From Bacteroidota bacterium (lineage in GTDB: Bacteria > Bacteroidota > Bacteroidia > UKL13-3), in assembly GCA_037141455.1 (NCBI GenBank), contig JBAXCN010000001.1, positions 27,825 through 91,824 on the forward strand: DNA of 64,000 bases, written 5' to 3'. Below the pieces are notes generated by a model, which was given only the letters and a program-made list of their open reading frames with translations, was not told where the DNA came from and ran no database searches. The first letter of the stretch is position 1. Every line of letters starts with the position of its first letter. Shown piece after piece: positions 8,480 to 17,770 of this stretch. Made by a program: the position numbers and the translations under genes.

Positions 8480-9925
8480 TTAATATACATAAGTACTAAA
8501 AACCATTCGGCCTCCGTTTGGCATTATTCCTTCCATTACCACTTGGCCTTTTAGTTGCTCAAAATCGGTAATTAAATCTTCTGGTTTTTCGTATTGTTTT
8601 TTGTTTAATGCTATTAATATAAAACCTTCGCTTAGGCCAATATTGTTTATTTTTCCTCTTTTAATATTATAAATTTTTATACCATTTTTAATACCTAATT
8701 TGTCTTTTTCTAGCTTTGGCAACGATTGGAAGTCGGCACCCAAACTTTCAGAAGTAATGGTTCCTTTGCGCAAAATGGCTGTGTTTCCTTCTTTGTTTAT
8801 TAAACCAAACGTAGCTTCGGTTTCTTTACCATTTCTTAAAAAAGTAAATTTTGCTTTATCACCTGGGCGCATATAAGCCATTAGTTCATCAAAAATGGCT
8901 TTGCTATCTATGTCTTTTCCGTTAATTTTTACAATTACATCTCCAGTTCTTATCCCGGCTTTATCAGCAGGGCTTTCGGCTAAAACAGAACTTACATACA
9001 CCCCTAAATTATTGCTGATATTTAATTTTTGAGCCAAACGCGAGTCAATATCGGTTACTTCCATTCCAGTATAACCGCGCTGTACTTCTTTAAAATCAAT
9101 TAAATCTTTAATAATTTTTGAAACAATATTAGAAGGAATGGCAAATCCATAACCAATATAACTACCTGTTTGGCTACTTATAGCAGTGTTAATTCCAACT
9201 AATCTGCCTTCTAAATCAACCAAAGCACCACCACTATTTCCTGGATTAATGGCAGCATCTGTTTGAATAAACGATTCAATTGGGAATTGATTATTTACAA
9301 TATTTATGTTTCTACCTTTGGCACTAACAATACCCGCAGTAACAGTAGAGGTGAGGTTAAAAGGATTGCCAACTGCTAAAACCCATTCGCCTATTTGCAC
9401 ATCATCGCTATTGCCAAATACAATGTGTGGCAACTGTTTGGCTTCTATTTTTAAAACTGCAATATCGGTTGAAGGGTCACTGCCCACCAACTTAGCTTGA
9501 TACGATTGTTTTTTATTATTTAAAATAACTTCAATGGTATTTGCACCTTTTATTACATGGTAATTGGTAACAATGTATCCATTTTCCGATACAATAACGC
9601 CACTGCCCGAACTAGCTACTGGCCCTCGTTGTCCAAAAAAATCGAATTGACTAAAAAAATCGAATTGTGGATCAACATAGTTTTGTTGATTGCTTAAAGT
9701 TTTTATAAAAACAACACTAGGAGTAGAGGAAGAAGAAGCCTTAACAAAATCGGAGTTGTTTATAACGCTTCCTTTATAATTAATTGATTCAAAATTGGAT
9801 TCTGTTTTGGTTTTTTTAGTAAAATCTTGCACTAAAACTGCTGGAGAATGAAGGCTATAAAATACATAAGCGCCTAAAATTCCACTAACAAAACTTACTG
9901 CTACAAATGCTATTTTTTTTATCAT
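8480..9925 (-). CDS. HtrA/DegP/DegQ-family periplasmic serine protease with PDZ domains
   Basis: Catalytic triad contexts TNYHV, DIAVLKI and GNSGGALV, followed by two PDZ-like segments. N-terminal membrane anchor. Confidence 0.85.
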   Translation of the reverse strand: MIKKIAFVAVSFVSGILGAYVFYSLHSPAVLVQDFTKKTKTESNFESINYKGSVINNSDFVKASSSSTPSVVFIKTLSNQQNYVDPQFDFFSQFDFFGQRGPVASSGSGVIVSENGYIVTNYHVIKGANTIEVILNNKKQSYQAKLVGSDPSTDIAVLKIEAKQLPHIVFGNSDDVQIGEWVLAVGNPFNLTSTVTAGIVSAKGRNINIVNNQFPIESFIQTDAAINPGNSGGALVDLEGRLVGINTAISSQTGSYIGYGFAIPSNIVSKIIKDLIDFKEVQRGYTGMEVTDIDSRLAQKLNISNNLGVYVSSVLAESPADKAGIRTGDVIVKINGKDIDSKAIFDELMAYMRPGDKAKFTFLRNGKETEATFGLINKEGNTAILRKGTITSESLGADFQSLPKLEKDKLGIKNGIKIYNIKRGKINNIGLSEGFILIALNKKQYEKPEDLITDFEQLKGQVVMEGIMPNGGRMVFSTYVY

Positions 9926-9928
9926 ATT

Positions 9929-11065
9929 TTATCTAACTATGTTTGCTCTTATGGTTAAATTTACTTCTGAATTTTGAGGGTCGTTGGTAAATAAAGTAAT
10001 GCCTCTAATGTCTAATCCTACAGTATTAAACGAGGTATAATCTACTTTCATTTTTACTTTTTGTTTTGGTTTAATTACCATAGTTTCAATTTCAACATTT
10101 ACACAATTACACGAACGTTTTATTTTTCTAATCACCAAATCTTTTTTGCCTTTATTGGTTAAGTTAAAATAGGTAATTGAACTGTCTCGGTAACCAATTT
10201 CACCAAAATCGTGCACAAGTTTATCAATAGTAAATTTTGGCGCTTTTTTAAGTTCTTTTGGCGTTAAATATGAAAAATCTTCCTTTACTTTTGAGTTTAT
10301 ATAAATTAATTTAACTGGTAAAGAATCATCGTTGGTATAAATTTTTGCTTCTTGGCTAAAATCACCTAATTCCGACATGTTTTTCGGTCTATATTTTATT
10401 TTAAGTTCAATATCGGTATTGGGTCTCATTTCAAAATAAGGTCCTGAAATTTCAATATTAGTTGGAGTTTCAATTCTGGTTATTTTAATTATTTTATTAC
10501 TTAAATTATAAATTCTTAAATAAGTGCTATCGGTTTTGGTGTTTAAAACTTCAAAGGCAAAAGTGTTATTATTTACTGCTAAATAGCCATATTGATAAGT
10601 GTAAGTATTTCCAAATTGGTATTTAGAAGGAGCAACATTTCCTTTAACAAAAATTTGCGAATTCTTATTTTGAGTATTGGTGATAACTGTAATTGCTTTT
10701 CTAAAACTACCTGGTCTTCCAGCAGGATTATAGATGGCTTTAATATATCCTACTGAGCCCGGAGGGATTGGTTGGCTAGTAAATTCAGTTCTTGTACAGC
10801 CACATTCCGGTTGAATATCTTCAATAATTAAAGGTACGTTTCCAGTATTTTTTATAGAAAAATCGTGTATTAATAAACCACCATTTTCGTTTACTACTCC
10901 AAAGTCGTATTCTTTTTCTTCGTATTTGTACTGTGGAAATTCTTTAATGGGTTCTACTGTTTTTTCCGGAGTATTATTTTTGGGTAATTTGCTTTTATTT
11001 TTTTGTGAAAAAACAGAAGAGTTTTTTATAAAAATTAAAAGACTTAGAATTATTATTTTTTTCAT
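9929..11065 (-). CDS. DUF1573 repeat protein (secreted)
   Basis: Signal peptide. Repeated modules carry the (Y/H)DFG..., N.G..PL(I/V)I, C.C signature (YDFGVVNENG...NTGNVPLII...CGCT; HDFGEIGY...NKGKKDLVI...CNC). Confidence 0.65.
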   Translation of the reverse strand: MKKIIILSLLIFIKNSSVFSQKNKSKLPKNNTPEKTVEPIKEFPQYKYEEKEYDFGVVNENGGLLIHDFSIKNTGNVPLIIEDIQPECGCTRTEFTSQPIPPGSVGYIKAIYNPAGRPGSFRKAITVITNTQNKNSQIFVKGNVAPSKYQFGNTYTYQYGYLAVNNNTFAFEVLNTKTDSTYLRIYNLSNKIIKITRIETPTNIEISGPYFEMRPNTDIELKIKYRPKNMSELGDFSQEAKIYTNDDSLPVKLIYINSKVKEDFSYLTPKELKKAPKFTIDKLVHDFGEIGYRDSSITYFNLTNKGKKDLVIRKIKRSCNCVNVEIETMVIKPKQKVKMKVDYTSFNTVGLDIRGITLFTNDPQNSEVNLTIRANIVR

Positions 11066-11158
11066 GTGTTGTTATTAATACTTGAGTTGATTAAATTTTA
11101 TTTAAAACGTTGCGTTTATTTTTTAATTTTAAAATAATAAAGGATTATTTAAGATATT

Positions 11159-11950
11159 TTATTTTACTAACGAAAAATTATCCTCATCCATCCAAACAGG
11201 GAAAGCTTTTCTGTAAGTTTTTAATTCGGGTAAAGGAATAGTGAAAGTACTTTCATATTCTTCGTGTGTTAAATGGTTCAATAATTTTCCTTGTGGATTA
11301 TATAGAACAGATTGACCATTGTAAATATGCTGATTTCCATCTTCACCAACCCTGTTCACCGCAGCTACATAACATTGGTTTTCAATTGCCCTTGCTTGGT
11401 TTAAAACTTGCCAATGCAAAATGCGTTTTTCAGGCCAGCTTGCTACATTTATTATTAAATCGTAATCAAAATTTGGAGTTCTTTTTAACCAAACTGGAAA
11501 CCTTAAATCATAACATACAAAAGGTGCAATTTTCCATCCTTTGTATTCAATTACTATTCTTTCATTTCCTGCAGTATAGTTTTTATTTTCATCACCCATT
11601 CTAAACAAATGTGCTTTGTTGTAAAATTGAATTTTACCATTTGGTTCAATAAATAAAAAACGGTTATAAAAATTGTTGTTCTCATTTATAATTGCAGTTC
11701 CACAAATTGCTGAATCGGTATAAAAAGCAATTTCTTTCATCCAGGTAACAGTAATTCCATCCATATTTTCTGCAAGTTTGTTACTGTTCATTGTAAATCC
11801 CGTTGCAAACATTTCGGGTAAAATTATTATATCTGTTTGGTGAGCCAAATCAGCTAATCTATTGGTGAATTGAGTTAAATTAGTTCTTTTATCTTCCCAA
11901 AACAAATTACTTTGAATCATCGAAATTTTTAAATTATCTTCTATTTCCAT
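11159..11950 (-). CDS. Carbon-nitrogen hydrolase (omega-amidase, YafV-like)
   Basis: Glu-Lys-Cys triad contexts LPEMFATGF, YNKAHLF, VCYDLRFP. 263 aa, 12 nt downstream of an aminotransferase. Confidence 0.75.
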   Translation of the reverse strand: MEIEDNLKISMIQSNLFWEDKRTNLTQFTNRLADLAHQTDIIILPEMFATGFTMNSNKLAENMDGITVTWMKEIAFYTDSAICGTAIINENNNFYNRFLFIEPNGKIQFYNKAHLFRMGDENKNYTAGNERIVIEYKGWKIAPFVCYDLRFPVWLKRTPNFDYDLIINVASWPEKRILHWQVLNQARAIENQCYVAAVNRVGEDGNQHIYNGQSVLYNPQGKLLNHLTHEEYESTFTIPLPELKTYRKAFPVWMDEDNFSLVK

Positions 11951-11962
11951 TTTGTAATTAAT

Positions 11963-13117
11963 TTAAATTTTCACAAGCTTTTCTGCAGCTTTTTCTAAAG
12001 TTTCATTTTGCTTTGCAAAGCAAAATCGCAATAACTGATTATCGGTTTGTTTATGGTAAAATACTGAAACAGGAATACTTGCAATTTTATTTTCTTTAGT
12101 TAGTCTAATTGCAAAATCGGTATCCTTTTCTTGAGTAATTTTACTATAATTCAATAGTTGAAAATAACTTCCTTGGCAAGGCATTAATTTAAAGTTGGAG
12201 CCTTTTAGTAATTTTCTAAAATAGTCTCTTTTTTCTTGGTAAAAGCCTGCAAGTTCCTTGTAAATATCTTTATTATCAATAAATTCTGCCATAGCGTATT
12301 GTATTGGAGTATTGGTGCTAAAAGCCATAAATTGATGAATTTTTCTTAACTCCACAGTTAAGTTAGCAGGAGCTAAAATATATCCCATTTTCCAACCTGT
12401 TGTACTATATGTTTTTCCAAACGATGAAACAATAAAACTCCTTTCAGCCAAAGCAGGGAAACGAGCTACACTTTGATGTTCCACTTTATCAAAAACCATA
12501 TGTTCGTATACTTCATCACTACAAATAATAACATCAGTACCACGCACAATTTTTTCTAATTTTTGCAAGTCTTGCGCATTTAAAATACTGCCAGTTGGGT
12601 TATGAGGAGTATTTATTAAAATCATTTTAGTTTTAAAATTAACTAGTTTTTTTACTTCATTCCAATCTATTTTAAACTCAGGTAATTTTAATTCAACAAA
12701 TATTGCTCTGCCACCATTTAAGGCAATAGAAGGCACATAACAGTCATAGCAGGGCTCTATTACAATCACTTCATCACCTTCACTTATCATCGCACTCATA
12801 ACAGCATATATTCCGTGTGTTGCTCCAGGAACAATAGTTATTTCGGTATTAGGGTCGTATTGTGCAGAATATAAATCAAAAGTTTTTTGAGCAATTTTTT
12901 CGCGCAAACTCAATAAACCAGGCATAGGCGCATATTGGTTCATGCCTTGTTTCATGTATTTGTTTACTAATTCAATTAAATTAGGAGAAACATCAAAATC
13001 AGGGAAACCTTGAGCTAAGTTAATTGCATTGTGTTCGTTAGCCAACGCTGTCATTACAGCAAAAATACTAGTATTAGCATTTGGTAGTTTAGATTTTATT
13101 GAACCTTTAAATTGCAT
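11963..13117 (-). CDS. PLP-dependent aminotransferase (methionine/glutamine transaminase, YbdL-like)
   Basis: NLAQGFPDF, INTPHNPTG, and the Schiff-base Lys in SFGKTYSTTGWKMGY. ATG 13117 is preferred over TTG 13132. Confidence 0.8.
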   Translation of the reverse strand: MQFKGSIKSKLPNANTSIFAVMTALANEHNAINLAQGFPDFDVSPNLIELVNKYMKQGMNQYAPMPGLLSLREKIAQKTFDLYSAQYDPNTEITIVPGATHGIYAVMSAMISEGDEVIVIEPCYDCYVPSIALNGGRAIFVELKLPEFKIDWNEVKKLVNFKTKMILINTPHNPTGSILNAQDLQKLEKIVRGTDVIICSDEVYEHMVFDKVEHQSVARFPALAERSFIVSSFGKTYSTTGWKMGYILAPANLTVELRKIHQFMAFSTNTPIQYAMAEFIDNKDIYKELAGFYQEKRDYFRKLLKGSNFKLMPCQGSYFQLLNYSKITQEKDTDFAIRLTKENKIASIPVSVFYHKQTDNQLLRFCFAKQNETLEKAAEKLVKI

Positions 13118-13268
13118 TGTTGCAATATGCAATTAATGCAATGATTTGACAAAATATTTATCTCTAATGTGAATAAAATAATAACAAATTGAAAGGTTTT
13201 ACAATAAATCTATAATTGATAAATTAAAGTTTTTGAGCAACGCATTTTTTGTTTTATAATTGTTGGTA

Positions 13269-13276
13269 TAATTTTG
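13269..13276 (+). promoter_or_regulatory. Bacteroidota -7 promoter box (TAnnTTTG)
   Basis: TAATTTTG, 26 nt upstream of ATG 13303. Confidence 0.4.
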
Positions 13277-13302
13277 GCGCTACAAAAAAAATATTTAAAT
13301 AA

Positions 13303-14073
13303 ATGAAAAATAAAATAAAATTAAAAATAACTTTAATACTTTTCACCTCATTTTTTTATAAAAATATTAATGCTCAATTAATAAAAAAAGAAGAATCTAA
13401 AGGCTTTATGCCAGTAGTTTTAATTGAAAATTTTAGCTCGGAAGGATGCAGCAGTTGCCCAGAAGCCGATAAGTTTTTAGGCGAATTAATTCATGTTGTA
13501 GATAGTGCAACAAGGCCTGTTTATGTGTTAGATTTTCATGTAGATGTATGGAATAAAAGTGGTTGGGTTGATAGTTATAGCGACACCCTAAATACCATTA
13601 GGCAACTATCTTACATTAGTAAAATGAAAGATATACCTATGTATACACCACAAAGTTTTTTAAATGGAATACTTTCGGTGCCAGGTGCAGATAAAAAAAA
13701 TATAACTAGTTTTATTAAACAAACATTGGCAAGGCCTAGTCCTAATTTTTTAAAAACAAATGCCTACCAAACTCATGCTGATACTTTATATATTGAATAT
13801 GAAATATTAGGAAATTCTGATAGTTTGCTGATAAATTTTGCAATAGCCGAAAGTAACATTTATACAAAAGTAACAGGTGGTGAAAACAAAGGCAAATTAT
13901 TACACCACCACAATGTAGTTAGGCTTTTTAAAACAGAAAGTGTTAAAAGCAACAAAGGAAAATCATATTTACTAATTCCTAAAGGTTTTAATTTAAAACA
14001 AACCAGAGTTACCACTTTTATTCAACACGAGCGCACTTGGTATGTATATGGAGCCGACCAATTAGTGAATTAA
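13303..14073 (+). CDS. DUF1223-family secreted protein
   Basis: Signal peptide plus the ENFSSEGCSSCPEADKFL motif characteristic of DUF1223. Confidence 0.55.
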   Translation: MKNKIKLKITLILFTSFFYKNINAQLIKKEESKGFMPVVLIENFSSEGCSSCPEADKFLGELIHVVDSATRPVYVLDFHVDVWNKSGWVDSYSDTLNTIRQLSYISKMKDIPMYTPQSFLNGILSVPGADKKNITSFIKQTLARPSPNFLKTNAYQTHADTLYIEYEILGNSDSLLINFAIAESNIYTKVTGGENKGKLLHHHNVVRLFKTESVKSNKGKSYLLIPKGFNLKQTRVTTFIQHERTWYVYGADQLVN

Positions 14074-14148
14074 ATTAAATTAAATTTAAATAATATAAAT
14101 ACATTTGCTAAAATTTTTAATTACAAAAATTATAAAAAATTATAAAAA

Positions 14149-15027
14149 ATGACTGAAAGTAAAAAAAATGTAATGCTTGTTCCTATCGATTTTAGTGAAA
14201 TAAGTTTAAATGCATTGGATCATGCTGCACAAACAGCTAAACATTTTGATAATGATTTAGTATTATTAAGTATTGTAGAAGAAAGTATTTTATCTTCTAT
14301 TTTTAGTAATAATGAAGAAAAAGAAGCACAAGCCCGCGAAAAAACCATACCTGAATTAGAAAAATTAGCATTATCAATCCATGAAAAATATGGAGTTAAA
14401 TGTACTTCGGAAGTAAAAGTAGGTAGAATTTATAAAACAGTAATTGAAACTGCTGAAGAACATGGCTGCGATTGCATTATAATGGGAACCCATGGTGCAA
14501 GTGGATTTACTAGGATAGTAGGGAGCAATGCAGGTAAAGTGATTAATTATAGCACTGTTCCGGTAATTGTTGTTAAAAACAAAAAAATAAATAATGCTTA
14601 CAAAAATATTGTTTTCCCTATCGATTTATCACTTGAATCCAAACAAAAGGTTAAAATGGCAATTCATTTAGGAAAAGCATATAAATCAACTATACATATT
14701 TTGTACAATAAAGTTAGCGATGAGTTTTTAAATAATAAAATGCTTGCTAATTTACACCAAGTTGAAAATATTTTTAAAGAAAATTTTATTGAATTTACAA
14801 TAAAAGAGGTGGACGAATCAAGCAGTGATTTTGCTGTTGAAACTTTAAAATATGCCGAATATAGCCAAGCCGATTTAATAATGATTATGACACAATCGGA
14901 AGATAAAGACATCACTGAATACTTAATAGATACTTATTCGCAACGCATAGTAAATGCTGAAGGCACTGTTCCTGTTATGTGTGTAAATCCAAATAGAGAT
15001 ATATTCAAAGCGGAATTTGTTATTTAG
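14149..15027 (+). CDS. Tandem universal stress protein (two UspA domains)
   Basis: Two USP halves, each starting with an (V/I)(L/F)(V/P)IDFS/IDLS strand. The first half has the GTHGASGF...GS..GKV ATP-loop. Confidence 0.75.
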   Translation: MTESKKNVMLVPIDFSEISLNALDHAAQTAKHFDNDLVLLSIVEESILSSIFSNNEEKEAQAREKTIPELEKLALSIHEKYGVKCTSEVKVGRIYKTVIETAEEHGCDCIIMGTHGASGFTRIVGSNAGKVINYSTVPVIVVKNKKINNAYKNIVFPIDLSLESKQKVKMAIHLGKAYKSTIHILYNKVSDEFLNNKMLANLHQVENIFKENFIEFTIKEVDESSSDFAVETLKYAEYSQADLIMIMTQSEDKDITEYLIDTYSQRIVNAEGTVPVMCVNPNRDIFKAEFVI

Positions 15028-15048
15028 TTGACAGTTGATAGTTGCCGG
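15028..15048. repeat. Degenerate heptanucleotide array (3 units, TTGAYAG-like)
   Basis: ttgacag ttgatag ttgccgg, starting on the first base after the TAG stop of the USP gene. Confidence 0.5.
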
Positions 15049-15133
15049 TTTAAATTGATAAACAATCCAGCAATTCAACAATTTTTTAATTAATCAATCA
15101 ACAGGGCTATTTACCCTGAAATGTTTTGAAAAA

Positions 15134-16234
15134 ATGAGTAAAAATGGAAAAATTCTGGTTGCCATGAGTGGCGGCTTAGATAGTACAGTTGCAGCAGTTA
15201 TGTTGCGCGAAGAAGGTTACGAAGTTATTGGCGTAACTATGAAAACTTGGGACTACCAAAACAGTGGAGGTTCTAAAAAAGAAACTGGATGCTGCAGCCT
15301 TGATAGTATTAACGATGCAAGAACCATTGCCGTTAAACACGATATTCATCACATGATTTTAGATATTAGAGATGAATTTGGTGATTTTGTTATAGATAAT
15401 TTTGTTGAAGAATATTTAGCTGGAAGAACTCCTAATCCTTGTGTTTTATGCAATACGCATATTAAATGGGAAGCACTATTAAAAAGAGCTAATATGCTTG
15501 ATTGTGAGTTTATAGCAACTGGACATTACGCCCAAGTAAGAAATGAAAATAACCGATTTGTGGTTAGCAAAGGCTTAGACGATAATAAAGACCAATCATA
15601 TGTTTTATGGGGATTAACGCAACAAAGTTTGGCCAAAACGCGCTTTCCTTTGGGTGGTTTTAGGAAAACCGATATTAGGCAAATGGCTATTGATATGGGT
15701 TATGAAGAACTTGCCAATAAAAGCGAAAGCTATGAAATTTGTTTTGTTCCCGATAATGATTACCGAGGCTTTTTAAAACGAAAAGTAAATGGTTTGGAGG
15801 AACGAGTAGAAGGAGGAAATTTTGTGAATCAAGCTGGAAAAATATTAGGAAAACACAGAGGCTATCCCTTTTATACTGTTGGCCAACGCAAAGGTTTAGA
15901 AATTGCATTTGGTGAACCCATGTTTGTTCTTACTATTAATCCTGAAACCAATACCGTAGTATTAGGTAAAGAAGAAGAACTAAACCAAAAAGGCATGTGG
16001 GTGCGTAATGTAAATATGGGTAAATATGAAACCATTGTGGAACCAATGGAAGCACTTACTAAAATTAGGTATAAAGATGCTGGAAGTATTGCAAACATTG
16101 AACAAGATGGCGATAGAATGAAAGTAATATTTAATAACCATGTAAAAGCAATTGCGCCAGGCCAAAGTGCAGTTTTTTACGATGGTAACGATGTTATTGG
16201 TGGAGGTTGGATACAAAGTAGTTTTGAGGTGTAA
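15134..16234 (+). CDS. mnmA: tRNA 2-thiouridine(34) synthase
   Basis: PP-loop VAMSGGLDSTVAA and catalytic Cys contexts NPCVLCN and SYEICF. 366 aa. Confidence 0.9.
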   Translation: MSKNGKILVAMSGGLDSTVAAVMLREEGYEVIGVTMKTWDYQNSGGSKKETGCCSLDSINDARTIAVKHDIHHMILDIRDEFGDFVIDNFVEEYLAGRTPNPCVLCNTHIKWEALLKRANMLDCEFIATGHYAQVRNENNRFVVSKGLDDNKDQSYVLWGLTQQSLAKTRFPLGGFRKTDIRQMAIDMGYEELANKSESYEICFVPDNDYRGFLKRKVNGLEERVEGGNFVNQAGKILGKHRGYPFYTVGQRKGLEIAFGEPMFVLTINPETNTVVLGKEEELNQKGMWVRNVNMGKYETIVEPMEALTKIRYKDAGSIANIEQDGDRMKVIFNNHVKAIAPGQSAVFYDGNDVIGGGWIQSSFEV

Positions 16235-16237
16235 GAA

Positions 16238-16936
16238 TCAATATTCTAAAGTGTATTCAGCATAATTTTTTACTAAACTAGAATTGGGAATGTATAAGCT
16301 TTTGTTATAAGTTTTACTTTTAACACCTTTGTATGAATAGTAATAATTAAATGATACCATTTTGGAGCATTCAACATAAAAAACTTTAGTTTCAGGAAAA
16401 GTAGTTGTTGTAAAATTTTCATCCCCTACTTCTATATTTACATAATCAAAGTTTTGATTTAATATATCTGAATCATTTATTTTTAGCACTAATTTACAAC
16501 TTGGGGCAGCAATTATTTGTGCCTCTTTATCGGTATATACAGAAGTATAATATGTAGCTTCATCTATATATTTGAAATTATTTTCAAGGCTATCAAATTG
16601 AATACCGTTTAAATCCTTTTTAACATGATAACCAGTATATGGATTTTTAGGTATTGTATCTTTTCTAACTTTAAAAATTACTTTTCCATCTTTATCCGAG
16701 CTTGAATAACCAATATTTATAATACTAAAATTGCGTGGACTGTAATATGTAATTTTATCAAAACATAATTGATAATTTGCCAACGGTTCAAATGTTTTGG
16801 CTCTTAAAACGTTTACCCTATAATAATTGAAGTTAGTATCTAGTTCTTCAACATTTGTAACACTTATTGAGTTTTCAGATTTAGTACAAGAAAATAAAAA
16901 CAAAAAAAACGGAATTAGTATTTTATATACTTTCAT
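16238..16936 (-). CDS. Hypothetical lipoprotein
   Basis: Lipobox-like FLFSC at the end of a signal peptide. No recognisable motif. Confidence 0.4.
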   Translation of the reverse strand: MKVYKILIPFFLFLFSCTKSENSISVTNVEELDTNFNYYRVNVLRAKTFEPLANYQLCFDKITYYSPRNFSIINIGYSSSDKDGKVIFKVRKDTIPKNPYTGYHVKKDLNGIQFDSLENNFKYIDEATYYTSVYTDKEAQIIAAPSCKLVLKINDSDILNQNFDYVNIEVGDENFTTTTFPETKVFYVECSKMVSFNYYYSYKGVKSKTYNKSLYIPNSSLVKNYAEYTLEY

Positions 16937-17029
16937 AATCTCAAAATTTAAACGAATATATTTATTAATAATGATGAATGAATAATGTTTTTATATTTAC
17001 AATGTAAAATTTTATTTAATTTGTATTCA

Positions 17030-17707
17030 ATGAAGTTAAGTTATTTTATTTTAGTTTTAATTCTTTGTGCTTCATCTTGCTCAAAACAGAAAGATGAAAC
17101 AGTTATTGAGTATGGTTATAACTATTTTCCAATTGATACTGCTAAAAATTATTTTTATACAATCGATAGTATTTCATACAATAGCAATACAAAAACAGTT
17201 GATACTTTTAAATTTATTTTAAAAACAAAATTTGAAGAAAGTTTTGTAGACACAAACGGCAATAAAATATGGCGTTTAAAACGTTTTGCCAAGTATAAAA
17301 ACACAATCGATTTTATAGAAACTCAAAACCATTTTGTTCAATTTAGCAATAACCAATACATATATACTGAAAATAATTTAGCCTATTTAAAGGCTATTTT
17401 TCCATTAAAAAACAATTTGAATTGGAATGGAAATTTGTACAATTCACTTATTAGAATAAAGTCAGAAATAAATTTTTATAACCAAGATTTTTTAATTAGC
17501 GATACCACTTTTTTAAAGTCAACAAAAATAAATGAAGAAATAAGCGAAGATTTTATTTTTGATATTGAACGATTTAGTGTGTATCAAAACAATATTGGCT
17601 TGGTATATTTTAAAAATAAAAATATTGAAACTCAAACCAATCAGCAAGGTCAACCAGTTAAATCGGGTTTTGATGTGAGGATGCGTTTAATTGAAATTAT
17701 AGATTAA
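17030..17707 (+). CDS. Hypothetical lipoprotein
   Basis: MKLSYFILVLILCASSC lipoprotein signal at ATG 17030 (the ORF-track start 16985 lies upstream of it). No recognisable motif. Confidence 0.4.
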   Translation: MKLSYFILVLILCASSCSKQKDETVIEYGYNYFPIDTAKNYFYTIDSISYNSNTKTVDTFKFILKTKFEESFVDTNGNKIWRLKRFAKYKNTIDFIETQNHFVQFSNNQYIYTENNLAYLKAIFPLKNNLNWNGNLYNSLIRIKSEINFYNQDFLISDTTFLKSTKINEEISEDFIFDIERFSVYQNNIGLVYFKNKNIETQTNQQGQPVKSGFDVRMRLIEIID

Positions 17708-17770
17708 ATTTTCTTCATTTTTTTTTAATACTATGGTTTTTTAAAAAAATAGTTTAGTGTTGTAATTAAC

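Noticed and set aside
15687-16216. Three overlapping minus-strand ORFs (73-78 aa) inside mnmA. Similar antisense or out-of-frame ORFs lie at 51-236, 5462-5716, 6806-7027, 9306-9500, 11266-11604, 14664-14915, 19269-20087, 22841-23035, 23602-24128, 34919-35435, 37543-37749, 40291-40536, 45724-46509, 47858-48796, 50694-51636, 53786-60406, 61289-62218 and 63555-63986
   Set aside because: All lie within longer ORFs that carry clear family motifs. Their sequences are low-complexity or hydrophobic noise typical of AT-rich antisense frames.
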